From NCBI RefSeq assembly GCF_030028105.1, contig NC_092397.1, forward strand, positions 20,656,630-20,720,629: 64,000 bases of DNA, given 5' to 3'. The stretch comes from Mobula birostris. Lineage: Eukaryota. Numbering within the stretch: the first letter of the stretch is position 1; every line of letters begins with the position of its first letter. Under the pieces are notes generated by a model. That model did no database searches and had not been told where the DNA came from. It was given only the letters and a program-made list of their open reading frames with translations. Made by a program: the position numbers and the translations under genes. Shown here piece by piece: positions 26,631 to 38,489 of this stretch.

Positions 26631-28179
26631 AAGTTCTACACTGGTTTGACTTTCCAATATGCACCGCCTCACACTTAACTGTATTGAAGTACATTTGCCA
26701 CGCTGTGGCCCTCTTCCCGAAATGATCACGGTCCCCCTGTAATCTGCGACAATCTTCTTCGCTATCAAGAACATTTGCTGATCATATGTAAATCAAATAT
26801 ACAAATAACAAATGCCGAGGCTCCAAACTCTGGCCCCTGCGGCTCACCGCTAATCACCAGCCTCCATTCTGTGAAACAAGCTTCAAGCACAACCCTCTGC
26901 TTCCTACCACCAAGACAACTTTGAATCCAGCTGACTCGCTCACCCTGGATACAGTGGGGCCTAACCTTCCAGACCAGGCTGCCATGTGACACTTTCTCCA
27001 AGGTCCATATAATATCACATCTACCTTTTTACCCTCCTGCATCTTCAAAAACTCAGAGATTCTCCAACCACAACTCCCTGTGCACAAAGCCCTTATGACA
27101 CCTAATTCGCTATTCAAATGCTGGTACATCGTGACTCAGAATCCTCCCCAGTAGCTTCCCCACTGCTGATGTCAGACTGACCTGCATGTAGTTCCCGGCT
27201 TGTCCTTGCAAATAATGGAAAAACATTCGCCTCTTTCCATTCTCCAGGACTTTCATCAGTGGTTTCTACCTCCCGTGAAGTAATTGCTCAGGTCCGGAGG
27301 ATTTATCCCCCACCTAATGCATTGTATGGCCCTCCATTCTCTACACATCCACGTACCTATCTGGGAGACTCTTGGATGCCTGTATTGTTCATCAGGCAAG
27401 GTGGTGCTGGCGATACACGGTGACATCGTGAGGGCAGCTCACAAAACATGTAGATACACTTCTTCTGAACTACTATCACTGCAAACTGCAGCCTGTAATT
27501 TCCATTTAAAGACATGTACTTATAAACCATTTGAAGAAATGAGCAATTTTCTGAGCTCTTTGTTGTCTCTGCAAACTTGACTCTTAGAAATGCAGGTATG
27601 GCACCTTGAAGTTCGAAGTTCAAATTCCAAAGTAAATGTTTTATCAAAATACTGAACATATATGTCACCATGTACAAACCTGACATTTGTTTTCCTGTGG
27701 GCATAGTCAGTCAATCCAAGAAACTAACAGAATCAATGAAAGACTGCACTCAACGAGATGGACAATCAACCAATGTGCAAATGACAACAAACTGTGCAAA
27801 CACCAAAGGAAAAAAATCAGAAATAACAATAATAACTTAATAAGGAATAAACATCGAGAACATGAGATGAAAAGTCAGTGAAAGCAATTCCATAGATAGT
27901 GGGAACAGTTCAATGTTGGGATGAGTAAAGTTGAGTGAAGTTATCCCAACATATTCACATGCCTTTTGTACACTGGCCGTGATCAGTGAATGTGGTTATT
28001 ATCAGAATCAAAATCAAGTTTATTAATACGAATATATGTCATGAACTTTGTTGTCTTGCTACAGCAGTACACTGCAATTTATTAAAAAAAAACAGTTAAA
28101 ATAAGAACTATACATTAAACTAAACAGTGTAAAAAGAGGATCAGGGAGGGGTGTGAGCCCGAAGATGAGAATGGGAAAC

Positions 28180-29690
28180 ATGATACCTGATCCATTCTTG
28201 CCTCTTTTACTCTTTTCATGTCTGAAAAATAAAACTTTTAGTATCTTCTTTTATATCATTTCCCAGCTTACTTTCGCAATTCATCTGTTCTCTCCAGGTT
28301 GCTATTGTAGTTGTCTTCTGTTGTTTTCTTAAGTTTCCTAATCCATTAATTTTTGTGTTATTGTATGCCCTCTCATGTTCTTTTATGCTGCCTTTGTCTT
28401 CTGTTGTTAGTGATATTTGCCTCATCCTCCCTTTCAAATACTCTTCTGTTTCTGCTGAGGGATGAACTGATCCTGCATCTGTCAAATTACTCCTGGAAAC
28501 TCAAGTTTTTCATACAAAGTTAATCTGCTTAATACTGGGGAAGTCAAAATGCCCAACTGCTGTAAGCCTGTTCCCATTACCCCTCTGTGTGACTTACCAA
28601 CACGTCTGGTCCATAATATCTCACCCTATCCGGAGACTGGCAGTATAATCCCATCAAAATCATCATACATCATTTTATTTAAAACCTCTACTTACAAGAC
28701 CTTATCAAAACCCTCACTTATTACTGCAGTGTTGGTCTCCTTAATCAAAGATGCAACACCTCCCACACCTGAGTCTGAGAGAAGTGAAATGTCTTTGAAG
28801 CATGATAACTGTGTCCTTGTTGACAACTTCCATGTTCAATATGTACACCAGCATCTGTGTGGCAAAACCATGACCCTCAGGTACACTTTAAATATTTCCC
28901 CTTCACCTTAAAAAATTATCCTGTAGTTTTACACTCCCCTACCTTCACACATAGACTGGTCACCCAATGATTTTATAAACCTCTGAACGGTCACAGCTTC
29001 TTATCATCTAGGGAGAGAAAGAGAGTCCCAGCCTTTCCAAGCTTCTGCTGATAATTCAAGGCCTCCAGTGTCAGTGACATCCTCATTAAACTTCCCTCCA
29101 CACTGTCCAGCTTTGTGACATCCTTCCTGCAACTGGGTGAGCAGAACTGTGCACAATACAGTGTGGTCTCACTTTGACTTTTACAGTTGCCATATGACAT
29201 CCCAAATTCTCTACTCAATTCCCTGACCAATGAAGACAAATAGGACAAACACCATCTTCACCATCCTGACTACCTGTGTTGTCACTTTCAGTGAATGATG
29301 TCTCTGTATTCCATGGTCTTTCTGTTCTGTAATACTCTCCAAGGGACAATAATTTACTGTGCACGTCCTTCCCTGGTTGAACTTCTCATAATGCAACACC
29401 TCAGCCTTGTCCATGTCAACATTCTTCTGCCATTCTTTGGCCAACTTCCCCAGTTCATCTCGATCCCATTGTACTCTCAGATAATCTTCACTGTCCACTC
29501 TACCACCAATGTTGTTGTCACCTGCAAACTCACTAATCACTTTAACAACAATGACAGGGAAATTGTTAACATAGATGACAAATGACAGTACCAGCACCGA
29601 TCCCTGTGAATGTGACTGGTCAGAGGCCTCCAACCTGAATAACAAGCTGCCACGACCACCCTCTGTCTCCTTCCACCAAATCAATTTTGT
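28180..29690 (-). mobile_element. Old CR1 fragments
   Basis: QGSVL...EFAGD RT remnant (29211-29684) and LYCAQFCSP. Confidence 0.7.
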
Positions 29691-30285
29691 GACGCTGATG
29701 TTAGGTAGTGTTGATAGTCCAGTTGGAAATCAGTTAGTGGAGAGGAGGAAGCTGCTCCTAAAACATTACGTGTGCGTTCAGGTTCCTGTACCTCTTCTCC
29801 AATGGTAATAATAAAAAGGGGGCACATCCTGGATGGTCCAGAGAGCAGAGCAGATACAGACCTGACATGGGAGGTTTGAAGGGGAAACTGAATCTATTTC
29901 ATGGGACTGGTGAAGCAGATTGACTTGGAGAATTGATCAACAGGAGACATGGCCTTTCAGGAGAGCAGCAGCAGCCGGGTCTGTGATTCTGATGTACAGC
30001 AGGGGAGGGTGGAGACAAAGAGATCTGTAATCACTGGATTACTCCTGATGCCAAGTGCTGGTAAGGACAGGGCAGGTGGATGTGAGGATGAGGAGCTGGT
30101 ACAGGAGAACAGGTTCAGGTTTCCAGCCACTGGGATCTCTGCTGGGGCAGAGGTGACCTGTAGAAGTGGGACAGGCTGCACTTGAACCAGCCGGGTCAAA
30201 TATGGGCAGATTTGTTAATGTGTCGCAGGAGGATTGAAATGATTCATCAGTGGGTTGGCAACCAAAATAGTGGTGTGGCAGATGA

Positions 30286-30552
30286 TAGCCCTTTACTCTG
30301 CCATGATAGTGGCTCCTAAAAGAGCCTTTTGTTGTGTTTAGTGGCAAGGCTGGGTTCAGGCGGGCTCCCCGCAGAAGCACCGAACCAGCTGGATGGTAAC
30401 TTACTCAGCGTGGATGGCGCACAGGTTAGTGTCCTCGAAGAGCCCCACCAGGTAAGCCTCGCTCGCCTCCTGCAGGGCCATGACGGCCGAGCTCTGGAAA
30501 CACAGATGGGTTTCGAAGTGCTGAGCGATCTCCCGCACCAGGTGCTGGAAAG
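30286..30552 (-). pseudogene. H3: Histone H3 pseudogene (3' half, from about codon 67)
   Basis: [63 protein letters not shown]. Premature stop at 30401-30403, 15-nt deletion, stem-loop at 30311-30326 and HDE retained. Confidence 0.92.
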
Positions 30553-31290
30553 CCGAGGATCCAGCTGCACAAGGAGGGACAGAGGCCTCGGTTCTGTAGC
30601 TATTTTATCAGGACGAGGAATGATGGTGTTAAATGCTGGGTTCTAGTCAATATACAGCATCCTGACATAGGTATTTGTATTGCCCAGGTGCTCCAGTGCT
30701 GTGTGGAGAGCCACTGGGATCACATCTACCGCAAACATATTGTGGCGAGAGGCAAATTGCAGTGGGTCCCGGTCCTTCCTGGGACAGGTGTTCATTCTAT
30801 CCATGACCAATCTCTCAAAGCATTTCATAACCGGAGATGTGAGTGCGACTGGACAATAGTCGTTAAGGCAGCTCACACTGACCTTCTTGGGTTCGGGAGC
30901 AGTTGTTGCCCTTTTGAAGCAGGTCAGAATTTTTGACTGCAGCAGTGAGAGATTGAAAATGTCTTTGACCACTTCCAGCAGTTGGTAGGCACAGGTTTTC
31001 AGAGCCTTACCAGGTACTCCATTGGGCCCTGCTGCCCGGCGAGGGTTCAGCCTCTTGAAAGACAGCCTGATGTCGGCCTCCAAGACAGAGATCACAGGGT
31101 CATCAGGCGCTGCACATATCCTCATAGCTGTGGCTTTATTCTTCCTCTGAAAGTGAGCATAAGAGGGGTTGAGCTGGTCTGGTTGTGAAGCCTCACTGCC
31201 ATTCATGATGTGGGGTTTGCTTTGTAGGAAGTAATGGCTGCAACCCCTGCCAGAGTTGACGTGCATCTGATGCAGGGAACGTCTGGAATT
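30553..31290 (-). mobile_element. Rex1/Babar RT fragment, 3'-truncated at the H3 pseudogene
   Basis: LNDYCPVALTSPVMKCFERLV, DPLQFA, YVRMLYID, SLCSWIL. Confidence 0.85.
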
Positions 31291-31359
31291 CTTTACCCGG
31301 TGGGCATGAGGTCTGGATGAATGGACGGGTTTAAAGAGGAAGGGGTGGCACAGGAGCAT

Positions 31360-31425
31360 CATGGTCAGCGCAGTGGTGACAGTACCAGTGACCTGGGTTT
31401 AATTCCCACCGTTGCCTGTCAGGAG
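31360..31425 (+). mobile_element. tRNA-derived SINE head fragment
   Basis: B-box-like GGGTTTAATTCCC followed by GTTGCCTGT. Confidence 0.35.
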
Positions 31426-31752
31426 AGTGGTTCTCATCTGGAATTCACTGCCTGCAGGGGTTGTGGGAATAAACAAACAGGACGTTCAAAGCCGAATTTG
31501 TCAGATCCTGCAGAGTCAGGTATAGTGGTTCCAAACCCTCCTCTCACCTCCCAGCAATGTTTAAAGTCCATGGTAGACAAGGTTAGTTTGTGTAATAAAG
31601 ACACTCTTCAGTAAAAACACTGACACTGTATTTCAAACACACTGAGCTGCCAGAGCACAGCACCGGCCGTGAGAACACAGACCAGTACAGCACACAGCTC
31701 TCCAATAGAGATTTAATAAAACACAATACTGACAGCCCAGAGCTGGACAACC

Positions 31753-32222
31753 CAGCATTTCACTGTAACTCTGACCTATAAACATCATTACCCCATCTCC
31801 AGTATTTCACTGTAACTCTGACCTATAAACATCATTACCCCATCTACAGTATTTCACTGTAACTCTGACCTATAAACATCATTACCCCATCTACAGTATT
31901 TCACTGTAACTCTGACCTATAAACATCATTACCCCATCTACAGTATTTCACTGTAACTCTGACCTATAAACATCATTACCCCATCTACAGTATTTCACTG
32001 TAACTCTGACCTATAAACATCATTACCCCATCTACAGTATTTCACTGTAACTCTGACCTATAAACATCATTACCCCATCTACAGTATTTCACTGTAACTC
32101 TGACCTATAAACATCATTACCCCATCTACAGTATTTCACTGTAACTCTGACCTATAAACATCATTACTCCATCTACAGTATTTCACTGTAACTCTGACCT
32201 ATAAACATCATTACCTCATCTA
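31753..32222. repeat. 47-bp minisatellite, 10 copies
   Basis: Unit CAGTATTTCACTGTAACTCTGACCTATAAACATCATTACCCCATCTA, near-perfect, no spacers. Confidence 0.97.
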
Positions 32223-32229
32223 CAGTACA

Positions 32230-33170
32230 CACTTCATAATTTTGTATACCTCTATCTAATCTTACAACAATATTCTGCATTCCAAGAAATAAAATCCTAA
32301 CCTATTTGATCTTTCCAGAGAACTCAGGTCCTTAAGTCCCAGGAACATCCTTGTAAATTTTCTCTGTACTCTTTCAAGCTTATTTACATCTTTCTTGTGG
32401 GTAGGTAAACAAAACTGCACACAATACTCCAAATTAGGAGTCACCAATGTCTTACACAACTTCAACATAACATCCATCTCCTGCACTTTGCCCTTTGTAA
32501 ATCGAAGTACCATGTGCCTAAACTTTCTTTTTGACTTTATCTATCTGTGATACCACTTACTAGGAATTATGAATCTGTATTTCCAGATCCCTCAGCCTTA
32601 ATGCACTTTTCAGTGCCCAACTGCTCACCGTGTAAGACCTACCCTGGTTTGTCCTCCAAAAATGCAACACCTCATCCTTGTCAGCATTAAATTCCAGCTG
32701 CTCCAGATCACAGTGCAAGCTTTGAGCGTCTTCCTCACTGTTCATTATACCTCCAATCCTGGTGTCATACAGAAAATTGTTGTCCCAGTTCACCACGTTG
32801 TCATCTATATCAAAGATCTGGATGATAAACAATGGACTCAGACTGATTCCTGTGTCACATCACCAGTCACAGGCATCCCGTCAGAGAAGCAATCATCTAC
32901 AACCACTCTCGAACCTAACACTTAATCCAATTTACTACCTCATCTTGATGCTGAATGACTGAACCTTCTTGACCAAGAACCCATGTGAGACCTTGTCAAA
33001 GGCGTTGCTGAAGCCCATGTTGACTACATCCACTGCCTTGCAGTCATCAACTTTCCTAGTAACTTCCTCAAAAAAACTCTACAAGAGTAGTTAGACATGA
33101 CGTACCATATACAAAACTATATTAACTATTCCCAATCAGTCCCTGTCTATCCAAATAATTATATCTATGG
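32230..33170 (-). mobile_element. CR1 RT / 3' fragment
   Basis: KTLVTPNLEYCVQFC and degenerate RT motifs. Confidence 0.75.
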
Positions 33171-33913
33171 TTGTTATATCTAGAGATTATGTCTGGATCC
33201 AGAGCAAGTGGGCAAGGGACTAAACCAGTACTTCACATCAGTATTCATCAATGTGGTCATCGAGGATAGTGAGATCAGAGAAGGGAGTGATGCTGATATT
33301 CCAGGGCATGTTGTTCCTCAGGCAATAGAGACAAACCAGGAAATTATAGACTGGTGAGATTTGGATCAATGCTCAGGAAATACTCTTAGACGTAGGACCT
33401 CTCATAAAAGTTTGGAGGGTAAAGTGAGGATATCAGGATTTGGAAGGCAAAGTGAGCAAAATCCCAAGAGATTCTCTCGGTATATTCATAGGAAAAGGGA
33501 AGTTAGACGGAAAATCATTCCCCATGGAGATGAACATGGCCTCGGTATGTGGAACCGAAGGAAATAGGAGAGGCTTTCCACGAATATTTCCAACAGTTAT
33601 CTCACCATTGAGAAAATGCGGAAGCTAAGGAAGTGACAGAAATGAGCTGCGATGTCTTAGACCACATTCAAATGGGCAGGGATCTGTATTTGAGGCCTTA
33701 AGATTCATTAAGGTTGTTAAATCTCCAGGGTCTTATCAGGTACATTCTCGTACTTTGTGGAAAGCTAGAGAATACACTGTGGAGGCCAGGGGAGAGAGGG
33801 GACATGTTCAGCCAGATGGGATCAGTTGTGGTCAGTGCAGACACTGTGGGCTGAAGGGCCTTTCCCTGTGCTGGACTGTCCCACGTGTGTTGTGTGTTGA
33901 AACTCAGACGGAC

Positions 33914-34570
33914 ACTCACTGTTACCGGTCGGCAGGCAGGAAGAGAAGAAGCCGGTGTTCACAGTGGAGACGCAGTCAGGTCCACCAGTCCGCTCCCACA
34001 TCCACATGGCAATGGCAGAGAACAAGAAGCAGCTCGTCTCATCACCTCTGTGGCCCATTCCATCACCTCTCATTCTTCCAAAGGGCAGCAGGTTCAGACC
34101 GACCCTTCAGTTCAGTCGCTGCCGCCCCGCCGGGGGGAGGAAGCCTCACCTCCACCCCGGACCGAGGGCGCTCCCCCTCCCCCCTCCCCCCTCCCCCCTC
34201 CGCGGCCCGTTGCCGAGGAAACGAGATTCACGGTCCATGTGCTTCTCTGTGACGTCACAGGCAGCGACTCGGCAACGGGACAGGAAGGCAGCGGCCCAGG
34301 AGGCGGGGCAGAGTGAGCTGTCAATCAGAGGAGCCGCTGGTAAAGCTGCAAATGGGTCAATGTACTCTTCATGGAAAAGGCCCGATCAGCGGGGGAAACC
34401 TCAACTCGACCCCGGGTCCAGGGCCCTCCCCGATCCTGGGGACTTTTCCAAGACTGCACTCTGGCTCTTGGACGTGTTTCCGCAAGATGCTGTCCTGTCA
34501 CGTGATATCGCGGCCGCAGCCCGGGAGGAGGAGCGATGTAGCTGTCAATCAGAGGAGCGGCCCCGGGCCG
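33914..34570 (-). promoter_or_regulatory. CpG-rich promoter / putative first exon (module B)
   Basis: Minus strand TGATTGACAG twice (34542-34551, 34318-34327), CACGTG (34499-34504), TGACGTCA (34250-34257), X-box-like (34209-34222) and ACA/GTGAGT donor (33914-33919). Confidence 0.62.
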
Positions 34571-35401
34571 TCACTGTGCTCAGAGGGATTTTGTTGTCAA
34601 ACCTGTAACTGGAGGGAAAATGAACCTCTTGTAAACGAAAACAATAAAGATGTGGAAAATGGAAATGAGCGAGGTACAGTATAAAACTAGACAGAAGGGA
34701 AAGCTAATGCTGAGATGTTTAGTATGAATCAATTTCAGACATTCCACCCTGCAAAAACTCATTTCAGAGAAATAGCATCACCATTTCAGGATTTCAGGGA
34801 GGTAGAACCGGCCCCCCGTCCTCCAGCAAGCCCATATCCCCCCCCCCCCCCCACCCCCGGTCGACCTCCTAGGGCGCATGTATACGGGACATTTGATTAT
34901 GAAAGAACACAACAATTTGACAAATATAGTAATTATTTACACATATACACATATATTATATATGTAATATACATACACATATTCCTTGTTGAGTATTTTG
35001 TTGGCAATCTCAATGTTAATGCAAATAACTTTTCTATTTATTTTGCAAACTTTCCTTGTGCTGTGATGTGGCTCTGCTGAAAAGAACTGTGAAATACTTG
35101 AGCAGCCTTCCCTGCGATTAGCCTCCCTAATATGTTATGGTCCCTAAAAAAAAGCATAAGGTGTATCTTTATTATATTGTCTTATGTAATACTTTGTTTA
35201 GTGATTTTGTCTAATCTGTAAACTGGGTATCTGCAGAAAATGTGACATTAAAATATGTACTTATAGATTATTATGGAGTCATTTTTTTATTCTATTACAA
35301 CTTTAAGCACGTGTACAGGGAGTCTGGCCTCGTCACATAGGACATCAATAGAGTAGCTCTTTAGCAGCTAGCCAGCTAGTTTAGATAACATTAGCTATGC
35401 T

Positions 35402-36010
35402 ACAGGAGCAGGGAGGTACTACTGCAGTTGTACAAGGCCTTAGTGAGACCACACCTGGAGTATTGTATGCAGTTTTGGTCCCCTAATCTGAGGAAAGACA
35501 TTCTTGCCATAGAGGGAGTACAAAGAAGGTTCGCCAGATTGATTCCTGGGATGGCAGGACTTTCATATGATGAAAGACTGGATCGGCTAGGCTTATACCC
35601 TCAGGAATTTAGAAGATTGAGGGGGGATCTGATTGAAATGTATAAAATTCTAAAGGGATTGGACAGGCTAGATGCAGGGAGATTGTTCCCGATGTTGGGG
35701 AAGTCCAGAATGAGGGGTCACAGTTTGAGGATAAAGGGGAGGCCTTTTAGGACCGAGATGAGGAAAAACTTCTTCACACAGAGAGTGGTGAATCTGTGGA
35801 ATTCTCTGCCACAGGAAACAGTTGAGGTCAGTTCATTAGCTATATTTAAGAGGGAGTTAGATATGGCCTTTGTGGCTAAAGGGATCAGGGGGTATGGAGA
35901 GAAGGCAGGTACAGGGTTCTGAGTTGGATGATCAGCCATGATCATACTGAATGGCGGTGCAGGCTTGAAGGGCCGAATGGACTACTTCTGCACCTATTTT
36001 CAATGTTTCT
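35402..36010 (+). mobile_element. Young CR1 3' fragment
   Basis: Open 164-aa C-terminal ORF2 segment plus tail. Confidence 0.9.
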
Positions 36011-36284
36011 AATGAACGAATGACGCCTGTTAAACTCACCTCAACATGCCTTTTACAGTCTTAACCCACCATGGGCAATAGAAAAGTCATTGTTGCAAAC
36101 AGGGCAGCGAGCAACACTGTTGTTATTTTTGACCTCTATTAGGCAGGAGTACACTTTAATGTAGTCTGCAGTGATGTAAGTTTTATATTTTCTTCTATTG
36201 AAACACTTTGCCATGGCGGTGCAGGACACGAAACTGAACTGATGGAGAGACAGAGGTCGACTGTAAAGCCCACCCACAGAGAAA

Positions 36285-37988
36285 TTGGATGTCCAGTCCC
36301 TATATACTTCCATCCCGCATCAGGAAGGTCTCAAAGCTCTCCATTTCTTTTTGGATTCCAGACCTAACCAGTTCCCCTCTACCACCACTCTGCTCCGTCT
36401 AGCGGAATTAGTCCTTACTCTTAATAATTTCTCCTTTGGTTCCTCCCACTTCCTCCAAACTAAAGGTGTAGCCATGGGCACCCGTATGGGTCCTAGCTAT
36501 GCCTGCCTTTTTGTTGGCTTTGTGGAACAATCTATGTTCCAAACCTATTCTGGTATCTGTCCCCCACTTTTCCTTCGCCACATTTACGACTGCATTGGCG
36601 CTGCTTCCCGCACGCATACTGAGCTTGTTGACTTCCTCAACTTTGTCTCTATCTCTGGAGACAGCTTATCTACTGATGTCTACTATAAGCCAACTGACTC
36701 TCACAGCTATCTGGACTATTCCTCTTCTCACCCTGTCCCTTGCAAAAACGCCATCCCCTTCTCGCAATTCCTCCGTCTCCGCTGCATCTGCTCTCAGGAT
36801 AAGGCTTTTCATTCCAGGATGGAGGAGATGTCCTCCTTTTTTTAAAGAAAGGGGCTTCCCTTCCTCCACCATCAACTTGGCTCTCAAACGCCTCTCCCCC
36901 ATTTCACTCACACCTGCTCTCACTCCATCCTCCAGTCCCCCCCCCCACTAGGAATAGGATTCCCCTGGTCCTCACCTACCACCCCACCAACCTCCGAGTC
37001 CAACATATAATTCTCCTTAACTTCCGCCACCTCCGACGGGATCCCACCACTAAGCACATCTTTCTCTGCACCCCCCCGCCAGGGATCGCTCCCTATGCGA
37101 TGCCCTTGTTCATTCGTCCCCCTCATCCCTCCCCTCTGATCTCCCTCCTGGCACTTATCCGTGTAAGTGGAACAAGTGCTACACATGCCCTTACACTTCC
37201 TCCCTTACCACCATTCAGGGCCCCAGACAGTCCTTCCAGGTGAGGCGACACTTCACCTGTGAGTCGGCTGGGGTGATATGCTGTGTCCGGTGCTCCCGAT
37301 GTGGCCTTTTATATATTGGCGAGACCCGACGCAGACTGGGAGATTGTTTCGCTGAACACCTACGCTCTGTCCGCCAGAGAAAGCAGGATCGCCCAGTGGC
37401 CGCGCATTTTAATTCCACGTCTCATTCCCATTCTGACATGTCTATACACGGCCCCCTCTACTGTCAAGATGAAGCCACACTCAGGTTGGAGGAACAACAC
37501 CTTGTATTCCGTCTGGGTAGCCTCCAACCTGATGGCATGAACATCGACTTCTCTACCTTCCGCTAATGCCCCACCTTCCACGTGTACCCCATCCGTTATT
37601 TTTTTATATACACACATTCTTTTTCTCCCTCTCCTTTTTCTCCCTCTGTCCCCCTCACTATCCCCCTTGCCCATCCTCTGGTTTCCGCCCTCCCCCTTTT
37701 CTTTCTCCCTGGGCCTCCTGTCCCATGATCCTCTCATATCCCTTCTGCCAATCAACTGTCCAGCTCTTGGCTCCATCCCTTCCCTCCTGTCTTCTCCTAT
37801 CATTTCAGATCTCCCCCTCCCCCTTTCAAATCTCTTACTAGCTCTTCTTTCACTTTGTCCTGACGAAGGGTCTCGGCCCGAAACATCGACTGTTTCTCTT
37901 CCTAGAGATGCTGCCTGGCCTGCTGTATTCACCAGCAACTTTTATGTGTGTTGCTTGAAATTCCATCATCTGCAGATTTCCTCGTGTT
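36285..37988 (+). mobile_element. Penelope-like element (RT + GIY-YIG), 5'-truncated, frameshifted
   Basis: DVQSLYTSIP and QTKGVAMGTRMGPSYA (PLE RT), CSRCGLLYIGETRR (GIY-YIG). Flanked by CCACAGAGAAA at 36274-36284 and 37993-38003. Hammerhead-like motif at 37856-37891. Confidence 0.9.
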
Positions 37989-38489
37989 AATGCCACAGAG
38001 AAAACTGATAGATCTACTTAGCACAAGGAGAGACCAATCAGGATGCTCGCTCCCACTGTCCCTCTCATTTCCAGGATATTGTATATAATTTGCGGGCATC
38101 AGGGAGCTGCTATTAATATGCGGGAGACTCCCGGAATTTCCGGTAGAGGTAGGATGTCTGCAACTGATTGCTGAGAATTTTAGCTTCATCGGTAAAGCAC
38201 CGTGAGTCTAGGAGATGGTGCGAGAGTTAATGGCAGAAAATAAAGAGATAGAAGATTAACAAAGAGATGTCAGGCACCCGTTTGATAATATTTGGTTTCC
38301 CACACCACTGCATACTGGGTGCTGTTCTGGTGGACACACTGTAGGACGAACATGATTGCACTGTAATCTGTGACCTAGTGCTCTTGTCCCCATCCCCCCT
38401 GCCAATCACCGGGAGCAGAATGAACCTGCCGGACAGTGTAGAGCAGATTTACCAATTGTTGTCTGGGATGGAGCTCTTCCATTGTGAGC

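Larger units (their letters stand above)
34736..38160 (-). mobile_element. Non-autonomous hAT-like DNA transposon with nested CR1 and PLE
   Basis: Imperfect TIRs CAGACATTCCACC / GGTAGGATGTCTG. BED-finger-like N-terminus ARCPVCNNDFSIAHGG (36053-36214). No clear TSD. Confidence 0.55.

Noticed and set aside
31753-32222. CRISPR-like regular repeat
   Set aside because: Head-to-tail units with no unique spacers, in a eukaryotic context with no cas genes.
33755-34684. 123-217 aa plus-strand ORFs in the CpG island
   Set aside because: Low-complexity GC-rich frames with no recognisable domain. The motif pattern points to a promoter.
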